A stretch of 64,000 nucleotides of DNA. Origin: Candidatus Krumholzibacteriota bacterium. GTDB lineage: Bacteria > Krumholzibacteriota > Krumholzibacteriia > JAJRXK01. The stretch lies in assembly GCA_963727455.1 (NCBI GenBank), contig CAVSGG010000009.1, forward strand, positions 128,001-192,000. Direction: 5' to 3'. Positions 1 through 9,478 of this stretch are shown piece after piece. Each line of letters begins with the position of its first letter. Positions within the stretch are counted from its first letter, which is position 1. The notes below the pieces were generated by a model. That model was not told where the DNA came from, did not search any database, and saw only the letters and a program-made list of their open reading frames with translations. The position numbers and the translations under genes are program-made.

Positions 1-3
1 TTT

Positions 4-2775
4 TTGGAGCAAGTGCTCAACGAAGATCTGGATGGGGCCAGGACCAAACTCACACAGTGGAAGACAGGGAAATTCAACAAAGGAGAAATGGACGCGATCG
101 ACGACCCCGAGCGTTCCCTTCTCACGATGGCGGCTCCATCCTTGCTCGAACTCACCGCAGGGCTGCAGAAGCTGCGCCCCTCTCTTCTGGAGGCCGCACT
201 CCACACCCTGGCTCCTCTACTGGCCGCGGTAGAAAATCGCCTGCACGCCCACGGCATCCTCAGCTACGAGGACCTGCTCAGCCGAACGCGGGATCTCTTG
301 CGCGCCAGCCCACAGGTGTGTGCGCTCTTGCGGCGGGAGATCGATCAGATTCTCGTCGACGAGTTTCAAGACACCAACGATTTGCAGTGCGAGATCATCC
401 ACAGTCTCGCTCTGCGCGGCGATCCCGCGCAGCGGCCGGGGCTGTTCCTGGTGGGCGATCCCAAGCAGAGCATCTACGGCTGGCGGGGTGCCGACCTCTC
501 GGCCTACGACCGCTTCGTTTCGCAGTTGGAAGAGCTGGGCACTCCGCGTCGCAGGCTCAGCGTGAACTTCCGCTCGGTGCCGCAGATTTTGGACGAGGTC
601 AATCGCACCATCGCTCCCATCATGCAAAGTGAAAAGGAGCTACAGCCTCCCTACCAGTTCCTCTTGCCTTCCCCCTCGAACTTGGAAGAATCCGGCTACC
701 ACAGCCCGCAGCGGCGCCCCGTGGAGCACTGGGTGTCGGGTCTGCCGCGGGGTCTGAAGGATGCCTCGCTGCGCAGCGGAGAAAGTACCGCGTTGGAGGC
801 CAGAGGCCTGGCCGCCGATCTGAGCGCCTTGGCGCGGGAGGCCGGCTCCGGCTTCCGTTGGTCGAGTGTCGGGGTTCTGTTTCGATCCGGGGGAGATCTG
901 GAAATCTACCTGGCGGAGTTACGGCGCGCGCGCATCCCCTACTCGGTAGAGCGGGACCGGCAGTACTTTCGTCGCCGCGAAATCCTCGACGCCACCGCTC
1001 TCTTGGCCGCGGTGGTGGAGCCGGCCGACCATCTCTCGCTACTCACCTTTCTGCGTTCCGCCTGGGTCGGGGTTCCCGATGCCGCCCTTTTGGGTTTGTG
1101 GCGGCGAGAGTTTCCGCGCGCGATGACTCTCCTGCATTCGCCCGAGGAAACGGCACTTCAAAAGATCAGCAAGATCATAGAGGAGACGGCTCGCGAACTC
1201 TCCCCTGCTAGCCCCGCCGTCGCGCGCATCGAGGGTTGGGAAGAATGCCTGTCCCTCACCGTCCAACAGCTCGCGAGTCTGCGTCTGTCCTTGCGCGTCG
1301 ATCGGCCGGAGATCTTCCTCAAGAAACTGCGGCGCTGGACGCAGGCGGAAGCGCGAGACGGGGCGCGCTATCTCGGTCTGTACCGGGTGGCAAACCTGGA
1401 ACGGTTTTTCCGGCAGCTGAGGGACGCGCTCTGTAGTGGCCGCGAAGACGCGCGCGGCTTCCTGGTCAAACTGCGCCGGCAAATGCAGGACGACGCGCAG
1501 GGCCAGGAGGCCAAGCTGCAGGTGGGTTCACGCGACGCGGTGCGGGTGATGAGCATTCACAGAGCCAAGGGCCTCGACTTCGAGCACGTCTACCTGCTTC
1601 AGTGTCACAAGAACCCGCGCCCCAGCCACGCGAACTGGCAAGGAACCAGGATTCCCCAGCCGCGCCATCACTTTGAGCTGCTGCTCATGGACTATCCCAA
1701 CCTGAGTTATGCGCTCTTTGCGAACGCCGCCGAGCGAGTCGGGGGCTTCGAGCGAATCCGCTTGCTCTACGTGGCGCTCACCCGCGCCAAGCAACGTCTG
1801 GTCGTGGCCGGAGGCCGCGACGCCCTACTTGACCCTCCCTACGAAAATGCCCGGAATTTCGCCGAGCTGCTCGCGCCGCGCGCGCACACCGCGAATTTCT
1901 TCGCGGAGGCCGAGAGAGCCCTCTCTGAGGAATCGAGTCTTTTCCTGGAGGAGATCGACGAGGGCGAGGTGCTGTGGCGACTCCTCACGGAAGCGGAGCT
2001 GGACCCATCGACTTCCCCGAAGCCGCAAGACGAGCTGCGCCCTCTGACTCTCGAGCAGATCCTGCACGACGGAAAGCGTCTGGCGCAGCTGCGCCACAGC
2101 GCCCGGGAGCGCCGCGCACGTCCCTACCACCGCGCCGCATCCGCCCTGGAGCTGGACAGCGCGCCCACGCGACCCGAGGAGGAGGCTCCACTCTCCTCCC
2201 CCTCACCCGAGGCTGGCGGCACGCCTGAGCCTGGCCCCGCGCGCGAGCTTGCGAAGGCCGCGGGAAGCGCGATTCATGCCGCGCTGGAGCACTACGACTT
2301 CTCCCTGGCGCCGGAGGAGGCCTTCGAGAATTTGCGCGCCACCGCCCATGCCGTCCTCCCCCGGCTGATCGCGCCGGAGCAGCTGGAGCAGGCCCGCGTC
2401 CTCTGCGACTCCATCCTGGAGCTTCTGCAGGGTTCCAAACTTCTGCGCCGTCTGCGTGAGCTGGAAAAGGCGGTGCTCGGTCGTGAAGTTCCGATCTTGA
2501 CTTCTGCGCCGCCCGAAAGCTCCGCCGCCCCCTTGGGATTTTGCCCGGGATTCGTCGATCTGCTGTACCGGGATCCCGCCTCGGGCGAAGTCGTCGTGGC
2601 GGACTACAAGACCGACCGCGTGGAGGGGGCGAAGGAGCTGGCGCAGCGTGCGCGCCACTACGAGCAGCAGGGCAGAATCTACTGCCAAGCTCTTCAGCAG
2701 GCCCTGGGGCCCGAGCAGAGAGTGCGCTTCGAGCTGTGGTTCCTGCGCCACGATCGGATCGAGAGAATCAGCTGA
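4..2775 (+). CDS. addA: AddA/UvrD-family ATP-dependent helicase-nuclease, 5'-truncated by the window edge
   Basis: SF1A motifs ILVDEFQDTN, VGDPKQSIYGWRGAD, NFRS, MSIHRAKGLDF and RLLYVALTRAK; C-terminal RecB-like nuclease GFVDLLY...ADYKTD...Q..Y; Walker A lies upstream of the window. Confidence 0.88.
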   Translation: MEQVLNEDLDGARTKLTQWKTGKFNKGEMDAIDDPERSLLTMAAPSLLELTAGLQKLRPSLLEAALHTLAPLLAAVENRLHAHGILSYEDLLSRTRDLLRASPQVCALLRREIDQILVDEFQDTNDLQCEIIHSLALRGDPAQRPGLFLVGDPKQSIYGWRGADLSAYDRFVSQLEELGTPRRRLSVNFRSVPQILDEVNRTIAPIMQSEKELQPPYQFLLPSPSNLEESGYHSPQRRPVEHWVSGLPRGLKDASLRSGESTALEARGLAADLSALAREAGSGFRWSSVGVLFRSGGDLEIYLAELRRARIPYSVERDRQYFRRREILDATALLAAVVEPADHLSLLTFLRSAWVGVPDAALLGLWRREFPRAMTLLHSPEETALQKISKIIEETARELSPASPAVARIEGWEECLSLTVQQLASLRLSLRVDRPEIFLKKLRRWTQAEARDGARYLGLYRVANLERFFRQLRDALCSGREDARGFLVKLRRQMQDDAQGQEAKLQVGSRDAVRVMSIHRAKGLDFEHVYLLQCHKNPRPSHANWQGTRIPQPRHHFELLLMDYPNLSYALFANAAERVGGFERIRLLYVALTRAKQRLVVAGGRDALLDPPYENARNFAELLAPRAHTANFFAEAERALSEESSLFLEEIDEGEVLWRLLTEAELDPSTSPKPQDELRPLTLEQILHDGKRLAQLRHSARERRARPYHRAASALELDSAPTRPEEEAPLSSPSPEAGGTPEPGPARELAKAAGSAIHAALEHYDFSLAPEEAFENLRATAHAVLPRLIAPEQLEQARVLCDSILELLQGSKLLRRLRELEKAVLGREVPILTSAPPESSAAPLGFCPGFVDLLYRDPASGEVVVADYKTDRVEGAKELAQRARHYEQQGRIYCQALQQALGPEQRVRFELWFLRHDRIERIS

Positions 2776-2891
2776 GCGATCGCGCGTTTGGCCCGGCCCT
2801 GCACGGCCCGAACGTCTCGCTTCGGTTTGAAATTCCCTTGCGCGCCGTATCTGAGCACCGATCATTGGACCAAACGGAGCTTTTACTGCGG

Positions 2892-2920
2892 TTGAAGCTC
2901 CCGCTGTACTGTGGCAGAAT
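2892..2920 (+). promoter_or_regulatory. putative sigma70 promoter of the transketolase gene
   Basis: TTGAAG, 17-bp spacer, CAGAAT with an extended -10 TG, about 57 bp upstream of the GTG start. Confidence 0.4.
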
Positions 2921-2977
2921 TCGGCGATTCCTGCCGCCCAGACCGGACGATCTCTCCTTCAAGTCAGAGGTATCATC

Positions 2978-5341
2978 GTGGCCACCACCCACTCGCAATC
3001 ATCGGTAGAAGAGCTCGTGGCAGCACAGACTGCGAACTACGCCCACTGGGAGTTCATCAAGGACTGCATCGATCAGCTCATCGACATGATGCTCAACTAC
3101 CGCCAGAGCGGGCATCCGGGCGGAAGTCGTTCGAAAGTGCACGCCCTGGTGGCCACCACCCTGGGTGGGGCCATGCGCTGGGACATTCGCCGCCCCGAGC
3201 ATCCCTTCGCCGACCGCTTCATCCTCGTGGCCGGGCACTGTGCCCCTCTGGTCTACGCCACGCTGCCGATCTACCACGAGGCCCTGCGGGAGATGTACAA
3301 GCGCACCGGCGACGCCCGTTACCAGGTGAAGGATGCGCGGGAACGCGCGCTGTACTGGGAAGACCTCATGGGTTTCCGGCACCATGGTGGTCTGGCCGGT
3401 CACGCGGAATTCGAGGGCAAGACCATGTTCTTCAAGTTCAACACGGGTCCCAGCGGGCACGGAACTCCTCCCGCCGCGGGGGAAGCGATGGCCTTGATGC
3501 GGGCCGGGCTCTCCGATGTGAGAGTCTTCGCCCTGGAAGGGGAAGGCGGACACAGCGCGGGCGCGAACCACGAGACGAAGAACGCGGCGTGGGGTCTGGG
3601 ACTGTCCAACCTCTGCTACCTGCTCGACTGGAACGACTACGGTATCGACTCCTTCGCACACTCCAGCGTCGTTCACGGCACGCCCGCCGATTGGTTCGCT
3701 CCCTACGGCTGGCGCATTCACGGCGCCGAGAAGGGGAGCGAGTGGGCGCACATCACGCCCGCGATCCTGGAGATGGTGCACGAGGACGACAGGGGCGATC
3801 GGCCGGGCGTCGCCTGGTTCAAGACGCGCAAGGGTCGCGGCTACGGAAAGTACGACAACGCCAGTCACGGTTCACCGCACAAGACGAACAGCAAGGAATA
3901 CTGGGAAACCAAGCGCGTGTTTGCGGAGAAGTACGGTGTGCAATTCGAGGGTTTCGGTGAACCCGCGCCCGAGGATCCCGCAGCCTTCCGCGCGCAGGTC
4001 ATCGCGAACTATCAAAAGGTGATCGATCTCTTCCACTCCAAAGAGGATACGATGAAGTACCTCGCGGACCGGCTGGTCGAGCTGGGCGAGAGCGTGCCCG
4101 AAGAGATCCCCGGCTTCAAACTCGGTCGCAAGGGCAACCCCCTGAACGACCCCAAGCTCTTCGATTTCGAGAGCTATCCCGCCGAGATCTGGAAGAAGCC
4201 GGGAGAGAAGGCGCCCAATCGCGCGGCTCTGGCCTCCTTCGGATCCTGGATCAACTCCTACTGCAAGAAGCACTACGGCCAGCCCCTGGTTCTGGCCATG
4301 AGCGCGGATCTCGCGGACAGCACGAACATCAGCGGATTCTGCCAGGACTTCGGCGAGATGAAGAACTTCGGCCGCTATCAGCGCGACGAGAATCCCGACG
4401 GCTGCCTGCTTCCCATGGAGATCACCGAGTTCAGCAACGCCGGAATCAGCGCCGGAATCAGCGCGGTGAACATGGCGAAGAAGCCCACCGAGGAATTCCT
4501 GGGCTTTTACAGCGCCTGTTCGACTTACGGATCCTTCTCCTATCTGAAGTACGGCCCTCTGCGGCTGTTCAGTCAGATGTCGCAGGATTGCGAACTCAAA
4601 CTGGGGAAGGTCATCTGGGTGGCCGGTCACAGCGGTCCGGAAACCGCGGACGATAGCCGCACCCACTTCGGGATCTTCGGCCCTGGAGTGACTCAGCTCT
4701 TCCCCGACGGCCACGTCTGTGACCTCCACCCCTTCGAGTACAACGAGGTGCCGGTGATGCTGGCAACCGCGCTGAAGGGTCCCTGGCCCATCGTGGCGCT
4801 GCATCTCACGAGGCCGCCGGTCGAGATCCCCGATCGCGAGAAGCTGGGGATGGGTCACTACTTCGAGGCGGCCAAGGGCGCATACGTCCTACGCGACTAC
4901 CGCAAGGACCAGCCCAAGGGCGGCTGCATCTTCGTGCAGGGAACCATGTCCACCGCCAATACCATTGCCATCCTCCCCGAGCTGGACAAGCGGGGGCTCA
5001 ACGTGAAGATCGTGGCCGCGGTGAGCCCGCAGCTCTTCGCCGCGCAGACGCGCGAATATCAGGACCGCATCATCAGCCAGGCCGACAAGTGGGATTCGAC
5101 TTTCATCACCAATCGCTCGCGGCGCCTCTTCTACGACTGGATCTACAACCCGCTGGCCGCCGAGTACGCGCTGAGCAGCGACCACGACGATCGCTGGCGG
5201 ACGGGGGGCACTCTGGACGAGGTGATCGCGGAGGCGGGGCTGGATCCGGCGAGCATCGTGGCGGGAATCGAGCGATTCGTGAGAGACCGCGACAAGCGTA
5301 TGGCGCGCCTCAGCGAGGGCGTGAATCAGGCCAGGGCCTGA
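2978..5341 (+). CDS. tkt: transketolase-family ThDP-dependent enzyme (divergent)
   Basis: SGHPGGS, AGHCAP, NTGPSGHG, GEGG...DWN (ThDP motif variant), SADLADS, GHSGPETADDSRTH; single 787-aa chain. Confidence 0.8.
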   Translation: MATTHSQSSVEELVAAQTANYAHWEFIKDCIDQLIDMMLNYRQSGHPGGSRSKVHALVATTLGGAMRWDIRRPEHPFADRFILVAGHCAPLVYATLPIYHEALREMYKRTGDARYQVKDARERALYWEDLMGFRHHGGLAGHAEFEGKTMFFKFNTGPSGHGTPPAAGEAMALMRAGLSDVRVFALEGEGGHSAGANHETKNAAWGLGLSNLCYLLDWNDYGIDSFAHSSVVHGTPADWFAPYGWRIHGAEKGSEWAHITPAILEMVHEDDRGDRPGVAWFKTRKGRGYGKYDNASHGSPHKTNSKEYWETKRVFAEKYGVQFEGFGEPAPEDPAAFRAQVIANYQKVIDLFHSKEDTMKYLADRLVELGESVPEEIPGFKLGRKGNPLNDPKLFDFESYPAEIWKKPGEKAPNRAALASFGSWINSYCKKHYGQPLVLAMSADLADSTNISGFCQDFGEMKNFGRYQRDENPDGCLLPMEITEFSNAGISAGISAVNMAKKPTEEFLGFYSACSTYGSFSYLKYGPLRLFSQMSQDCELKLGKVIWVAGHSGPETADDSRTHFGIFGPGVTQLFPDGHVCDLHPFEYNEVPVMLATALKGPWPIVALHLTRPPVEIPDREKLGMGHYFEAAKGAYVLRDYRKDQPKGGCIFVQGTMSTANTIAILPELDKRGLNVKIVAAVSPQLFAAQTREYQDRIISQADKWDSTFITNRSRRLFYDWIYNPLAAEYALSSDHDDRWRTGGTLDEVIAEAGLDPASIVAGIERFVRDRDKRMARLSEGVNQARA

Positions 5342-5363
5342 GACTGAGCGGACGCAGCGCGCT

Positions 5364-5429
5364 TCGTCAGCGCCAGGCCGAGAGAGGGCGTTCCTCTCGT
5401 CAGCGCCAGGCCGAAAGTCCTCGTTCCTC
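5364..5429 (-). repeat. diverged 33-bp tandem duplication of the permease 3' end, containing a small hairpin
   Basis: TCGTCAGCGCCAGGCCGA at 5364-5381 and 5397-5414; minus strand reads EERGLSAWR* then REERPLSAWR*; hairpin GAGAGG-GCGTT-CCTCTC at 5382-5398. Confidence 0.75.
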
Positions 5430-6779
5430 CGCCGTACCGGGGATGGTGTTGTCCAGGATCAGCGCGCTCACCGCGCCGACCGCCATCCCCGTCTGACCGA
5501 GTGTGTTGACGATGTTGGCCAGCCACTCCGGAGCAAAGTGCGCCGGAGTCTGCGTGAAATATTCCGGCACTGACAGACCCATGAAGAACGCAAAGCCGAG
5601 AATGAACAGGTTGCGCGCCGAGTTCAGGTCCACGAATTGTAGGTTCGAGAGGCCGACCGCCGCGATCATGCCGAACATGGCGCAGTACATTCCTCCCACG
5701 ATGGGCTGGGGGATCGTGGTGAAGAGAGCGCCGAATTTCCCGAAGGCGCCAAAGATAAGCATGATTACCGCACCCACCTGCACCACTCTGCGGCTGCCGA
5801 CCCGGGTGAGACCGATCGCGCCGATGTTCTCGCTGTAAGAGGTGGTGCCATTGCCCGTGCCGATGATCCCCGCGACCAGGCAGCCCACACCCTCCATGCC
5901 GATACCGCGGTTGATCTCGCGCGCCCTGGGCACCGGTGCGCCCGCCAGGCGGGCACAGGCGTAGTAGTCGCCGACCGATTCGACCATGGAAGCGAGATAG
6001 CCCGCCAGCATCCCGACGATCCCGGCCGCGCTGAATACGGGCCATCCCCACTGCATGGGATAGGGCACGCGAACCCAGGGCGCGGCGGCGACGTTCGCGA
6101 GAGAGACGTGGGCGGGATGTCCAGGCCCGAACACGCCGAGAGCGGTGAGCAGAGCCGACATCCCCCAGGCGAGCAGGATTCCCAGCATGATCGGAAAGAG
6201 CTCGAAGGCGCGATGCGTGCGCCTCATGTACTGGCTGAAGACGATGATGAGGGCAATGGTCAGCCCCCCGATGCCCCAGTTCTCGCCCGCGATGGGAGCG
6301 CCGAAGCGAAAGAGGGAGAGGCCGATGAGCGCGATGGTGGGAGCGATGGTGATGGGACCCACGAAGCGCAAGAGGCGGCCCATGAGCCCGGAATACCCCA
6401 CCGCGATTTCCACCAGTGATCCGGCGATCACCGCACCCTGTACGTGCTGCAAGCGAACTTGCCAGCCCGCATTGGCCAGAGCGGCCATCCCGCAGATCGC
6501 GATGGCGGGTGAGAGAAAGGAAAAGGTGCCGCCCTGGACCAGAGGCAGCCGGTTGCCCCAGGTGGTCTGCAGGAAGGTGGTGATCCCGCTCACGAAGAAC
6601 ATGGTGGAGATGAGCCAACCCAGCTGTACCGGCTTGTCGCTGAGTCCCAGCGGCTCACTCAAGAGTAGCGGGATGGCCACCGTCGAACCGAACATCGTCA
6701 GGTAGTGCTGGAAACCGAGCGGAATGGTCTCTCGCAGCGGCGGGATGTCGTCGATCGCGTAGATGAGCTTGTGTTTCAT
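5400..6779 (-). CDS. NCS2/NAT-family nucleobase (uracil) permease
   Basis: many TM helices, GFQHYL in TM1, NAT signature ENIGAIGLTRVGSR of the UraA type; last gene of the pyrimidine catabolic operon. Confidence 0.9.
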   Translation of the reverse strand: MKHKLIYAIDDIPPLRETIPLGFQHYLTMFGSTVAIPLLLSEPLGLSDKPVQLGWLISTMFFVSGITTFLQTTWGNRLPLVQGGTFSFLSPAIAICGMAALANAGWQVRLQHVQGAVIAGSLVEIAVGYSGLMGRLLRFVGPITIAPTIALIGLSLFRFGAPIAGENWGIGGLTIALIIVFSQYMRRTHRAFELFPIMLGILLAWGMSALLTALGVFGPGHPAHVSLANVAAAPWVRVPYPMQWGWPVFSAAGIVGMLAGYLASMVESVGDYYACARLAGAPVPRAREINRGIGMEGVGCLVAGIIGTGNGTTSYSENIGAIGLTRVGSRRVVQVGAVIMLIFGAFGKFGALFTTIPQPIVGGMYCAMFGMIAAVGLSNLQFVDLNSARNLFILGFAFFMGLSVPEYFTQTPAHFAPEWLANIVNTLGQTGMAVGAVSALILDNTIPGTAEERGLSAWR

Positions 6780-8152
6780 CGAAGCTCATCCAGGCCGCCG
6801 GGCACGAAGTCGCGTCCCTCGCGGACTCGCGCGTCCCAGGTATCCACCTCCGGGGCCCGGCGCTGCTCGACCATGCTGATACAGCCCTCTACCGGACACA
6901 CGAGCCAGCACAGATTGCAGCCCACGCACTCCGTTTCGTCGACCCAGGGCACGCGATAGGGCTCGAGGCTCGTGTCCCCGGCGTCGATCTTCTGTTGCCG
7001 CTGCGCGGCAACGCGCTTCGCCTCTTCCGCCATGGGCGCATGATGGCCTTCGATGGGATCCTCACCCGGCAGGTGAATGCACTGGTGGGCTCCATCCCAG
7101 CAGGAGACATGGCAGCGCAGGCACCCGATGCAGCTCTCGGTATCGATCTTCGCGACGACGTGATAGTTGAGATCGAGCTCGCCCCATTCCTTGAAGTGCG
7201 GCACGGCCAGACCCACGAGTTCATCGACCGAGCGCATGCCCTTTTGGTCGAGAAATTCGCTGAGACCTTCGATCATGTCCTCGACGATACGGTAGCCATA
7301 GTGCATGACCGCGGTGCAGACCTGCACGCTCTTGGCCCCCAAGGCCAAGAATTCGGCGGCGTCGCGCCAGTTGCCGATACCACCGATGCCCGAGATGGGC
7401 AGACCGAAGTCGCGCGCCCGGGCCAGTTCGGCGACCATGCGCAGCGCGATCGGTTTCACGGCGGGACCGCAGTAACCTCCGTGCGAGGAGGAGCCAGCCA
7501 CGCTGGGCAAGGGAGACAGGGTGTCGAGATCCACGCCCACGACGCTCTTGATGGTGTTGATCAAGGAAACCGCGGTCGCGCCGCCCTCCTTGGCCGCCAT
7601 ACCGGGCTCCAAAATTTCCGAGACGTTCGGGGTGAGTTTGACGATCACCGGCAGTTTGGTGTCCTCTCTCACCCAGGAGACCAGTTGCTTCAGGACCTTG
7701 GGCTCCTGCCCCACCGCCGATCCCATTCCGCGTTCGCACATCCCGTGAGGACATCCGAAATTCAGCTCGACCCCGTCGCAACCCGTATCCTCGCAGCGTT
7801 TCAGGATGTCGCGCCACTCCTCGCGCGTATCGAACATCAGTGAGACGATGACGGCGTGCTCGGGATAGCGGCGCTTCACCTCGGCGATCTCTTTCAGATT
7901 CACCGCCAGAGAGCGATCGGTGATGAGCTCGATGTTGTTGAGGCCCATCATCCTGCGATCGGCCAGATCGACCGAGCCGAGACGGCTGGAGACGTTCACG
8001 ATGGGTTGACCCAGAGTCTTCCAGACCGCTCCCCCCCAACCCGCGTCGAAGGCGCGCATGATCTGCTCACCGGAATTGGTTGGCGGCGCCGAGGCGAGCC
8101 AGAAGGGATTGGGGCTCTTGATCCCGGCAAAGTCGATGGAAAGATCCGCCAT
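6776..8152 (-). CDS. preA: NAD-dependent dihydropyrimidine dehydrogenase subunit PreA
   Basis: start MADLSIDFAGIKSPNPFWLASAPPT; ELNFGCPHGMCERGMGSAVGQ; C-terminal 4Fe-4S motifs CIGCLRC and CVGCNLC. Confidence 0.95.
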   Translation of the reverse strand: MADLSIDFAGIKSPNPFWLASAPPTNSGEQIMRAFDAGWGGAVWKTLGQPIVNVSSRLGSVDLADRRMMGLNNIELITDRSLAVNLKEIAEVKRRYPEHAVIVSLMFDTREEWRDILKRCEDTGCDGVELNFGCPHGMCERGMGSAVGQEPKVLKQLVSWVREDTKLPVIVKLTPNVSEILEPGMAAKEGGATAVSLINTIKSVVGVDLDTLSPLPSVAGSSSHGGYCGPAVKPIALRMVAELARARDFGLPISGIGGIGNWRDAAEFLALGAKSVQVCTAVMHYGYRIVEDMIEGLSEFLDQKGMRSVDELVGLAVPHFKEWGELDLNYHVVAKIDTESCIGCLRCHVSCWDGAHQCIHLPGEDPIEGHHAPMAEEAKRVAAQRQQKIDAGDTSLEPYRVPWVDETECVGCNLCWLVCPVEGCISMVEQRRAPEVDTWDARVREGRDFVPGGLDELR

Positions 8153-8154
8153 GC

Positions 8155-9477
8155 TCAATTCTCCCCCCTGAGAAGACGGTCGATCGCCCGGGCGGCACGC
8201 TGTCCATCGTCCACCGCATTCACGACCTCTTTGCCGCCGTTGTAGCAGTCTCCACCGGTGAACACGCGGGGATTCCCGGTGGCCATGGTCTCCGGATCCG
8301 CCATGACGCGTCCTTTTTCGTCGCACTGTACTTGCGGAAAGAGCGCGGCCAGACTGGCCAAACGCTCCTGACCGGTGGCGACCACGATGAGCTCGCAGGG
8401 CAGTTCGCCCGCCGCCTCTTGGGTGGGCCGGCCATTCTCGGTCCGCACCAGCGAAATCGAACGCATTTTCCCCGCGGAATCACGATTGATTTCCGATACC
8501 GCCACCTCGGCCAAGAGGCGAACCCTCTTTTCCTTGGCCCTCTCCCATTCATGTCGGTAGCCGGGCATCTTCTCCTCGCTGCGGCGGTACACCAGGGTGA
8601 CTTCCGGAATCCCGAGCGAGGCCAATTCCTGAACCACGTCCAGGGCGGTGTTCCCACCCCCGACCACCACGGCCGAGGAAACGCCCTTCAGCGCCGCCTC
8701 GCTCCGCAACTTCATGTCCTCGATCCAGTCGACGGCGCCCACCACAGAGGATCCATCCGCTCCGGGAACGCCGCGCAGAGAATCTGCCCCGAGGCCGGGA
8801 GCGAAGAAGACGGCAGCGTGTTTCGCCAGGAGCTCCTCTCCTGAGAAGTCGCGGCCGAGTTCAGCATCGGTCTGGATTTTCACTCCCAAAGACTGGATGA
8901 ACTCCACTTCCTGTAGGACCTCTTCCGCGCGAATCTTGTAAGGGGCGACGCCACTGAGGTTCAGTCCGCCCGGGAGTTCGCTCTTCTCGTAGATCACCGT
9001 TTCGTATCCCAACAGAGCCAAAGTGCCCGCACAGGCCAGGGAGGCGGGGCCGCCGCCCACCAAGCCGATGGACTCATCCTTGGCCGCCTGGCGAGGCAAG
9101 AGATCCGCCGAGCGTCCCTGCTCCATCGCGAAACGCTGCAGGCGGCCGATCTCGATGGGCTTGCGTCCCCACTCCGTGTAGACGCATGCGCCCTCGCACA
9201 GCACCTCGACCGGACACACGCGAGCGCAACTGGCGCCCAGGAGATTGGACAGCAGGATGGTGCGGGCGGAACCCCGGTAATTGCCGGTGGCGATCTTGTG
9301 AATGAAGCTCGCGATGTCGATGCTGGTGGGACAGGCCCTGGTGCAGGGCGCGTCGTAGCAGTAGAGGCAGCGGCTGGCTTCCGCGAAGGCCTCGGCCTTG
9401 GAGTAGGCCGGCTTCTTGTCTGTGAATCGCAGCTCCACGCGGTCGGGGGGAACGGACCAGGATCCAGTAGCGCGCAT
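8155..9477 (-). CDS. preT: dihydropyrimidine dehydrogenase subunit PreT (GltD-like)
   Basis: EASRCLYCYDAPCTRACP, CARVCPVEVLCEGAC, GGGPAS FAD site, GGGNTALD; adjacent to preA. Confidence 0.9.
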   Translation of the reverse strand: MRATGSWSVPPDRVELRFTDKKPAYSKAEAFAEASRCLYCYDAPCTRACPTSIDIASFIHKIATGNYRGSARTILLSNLLGASCARVCPVEVLCEGACVYTEWGRKPIEIGRLQRFAMEQGRSADLLPRQAAKDESIGLVGGGPASLACAGTLALLGYETVIYEKSELPGGLNLSGVAPYKIRAEEVLQEVEFIQSLGVKIQTDAELGRDFSGEELLAKHAAVFFAPGLGADSLRGVPGADGSSVVGAVDWIEDMKLRSEAALKGVSSAVVVGGGNTALDVVQELASLGIPEVTLVYRRSEEKMPGYRHEWERAKEKRVRLLAEVAVSEINRDSAGKMRSISLVRTENGRPTQEAAGELPCELIVVATGQERLASLAALFPQVQCDEKGRVMADPETMATGNPRVFTGGDCYNGGKEVVNAVDDGQRAARAIDRLLRGEN

Positions 9478-9478
9478 T

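Noticed and set aside
4438-4463. 12-bp tandem repeat in the transketolase gene (AGISAGIS)
   Set aside because: Two in-frame copies within an ordinary helix; no sign of a contingency locus
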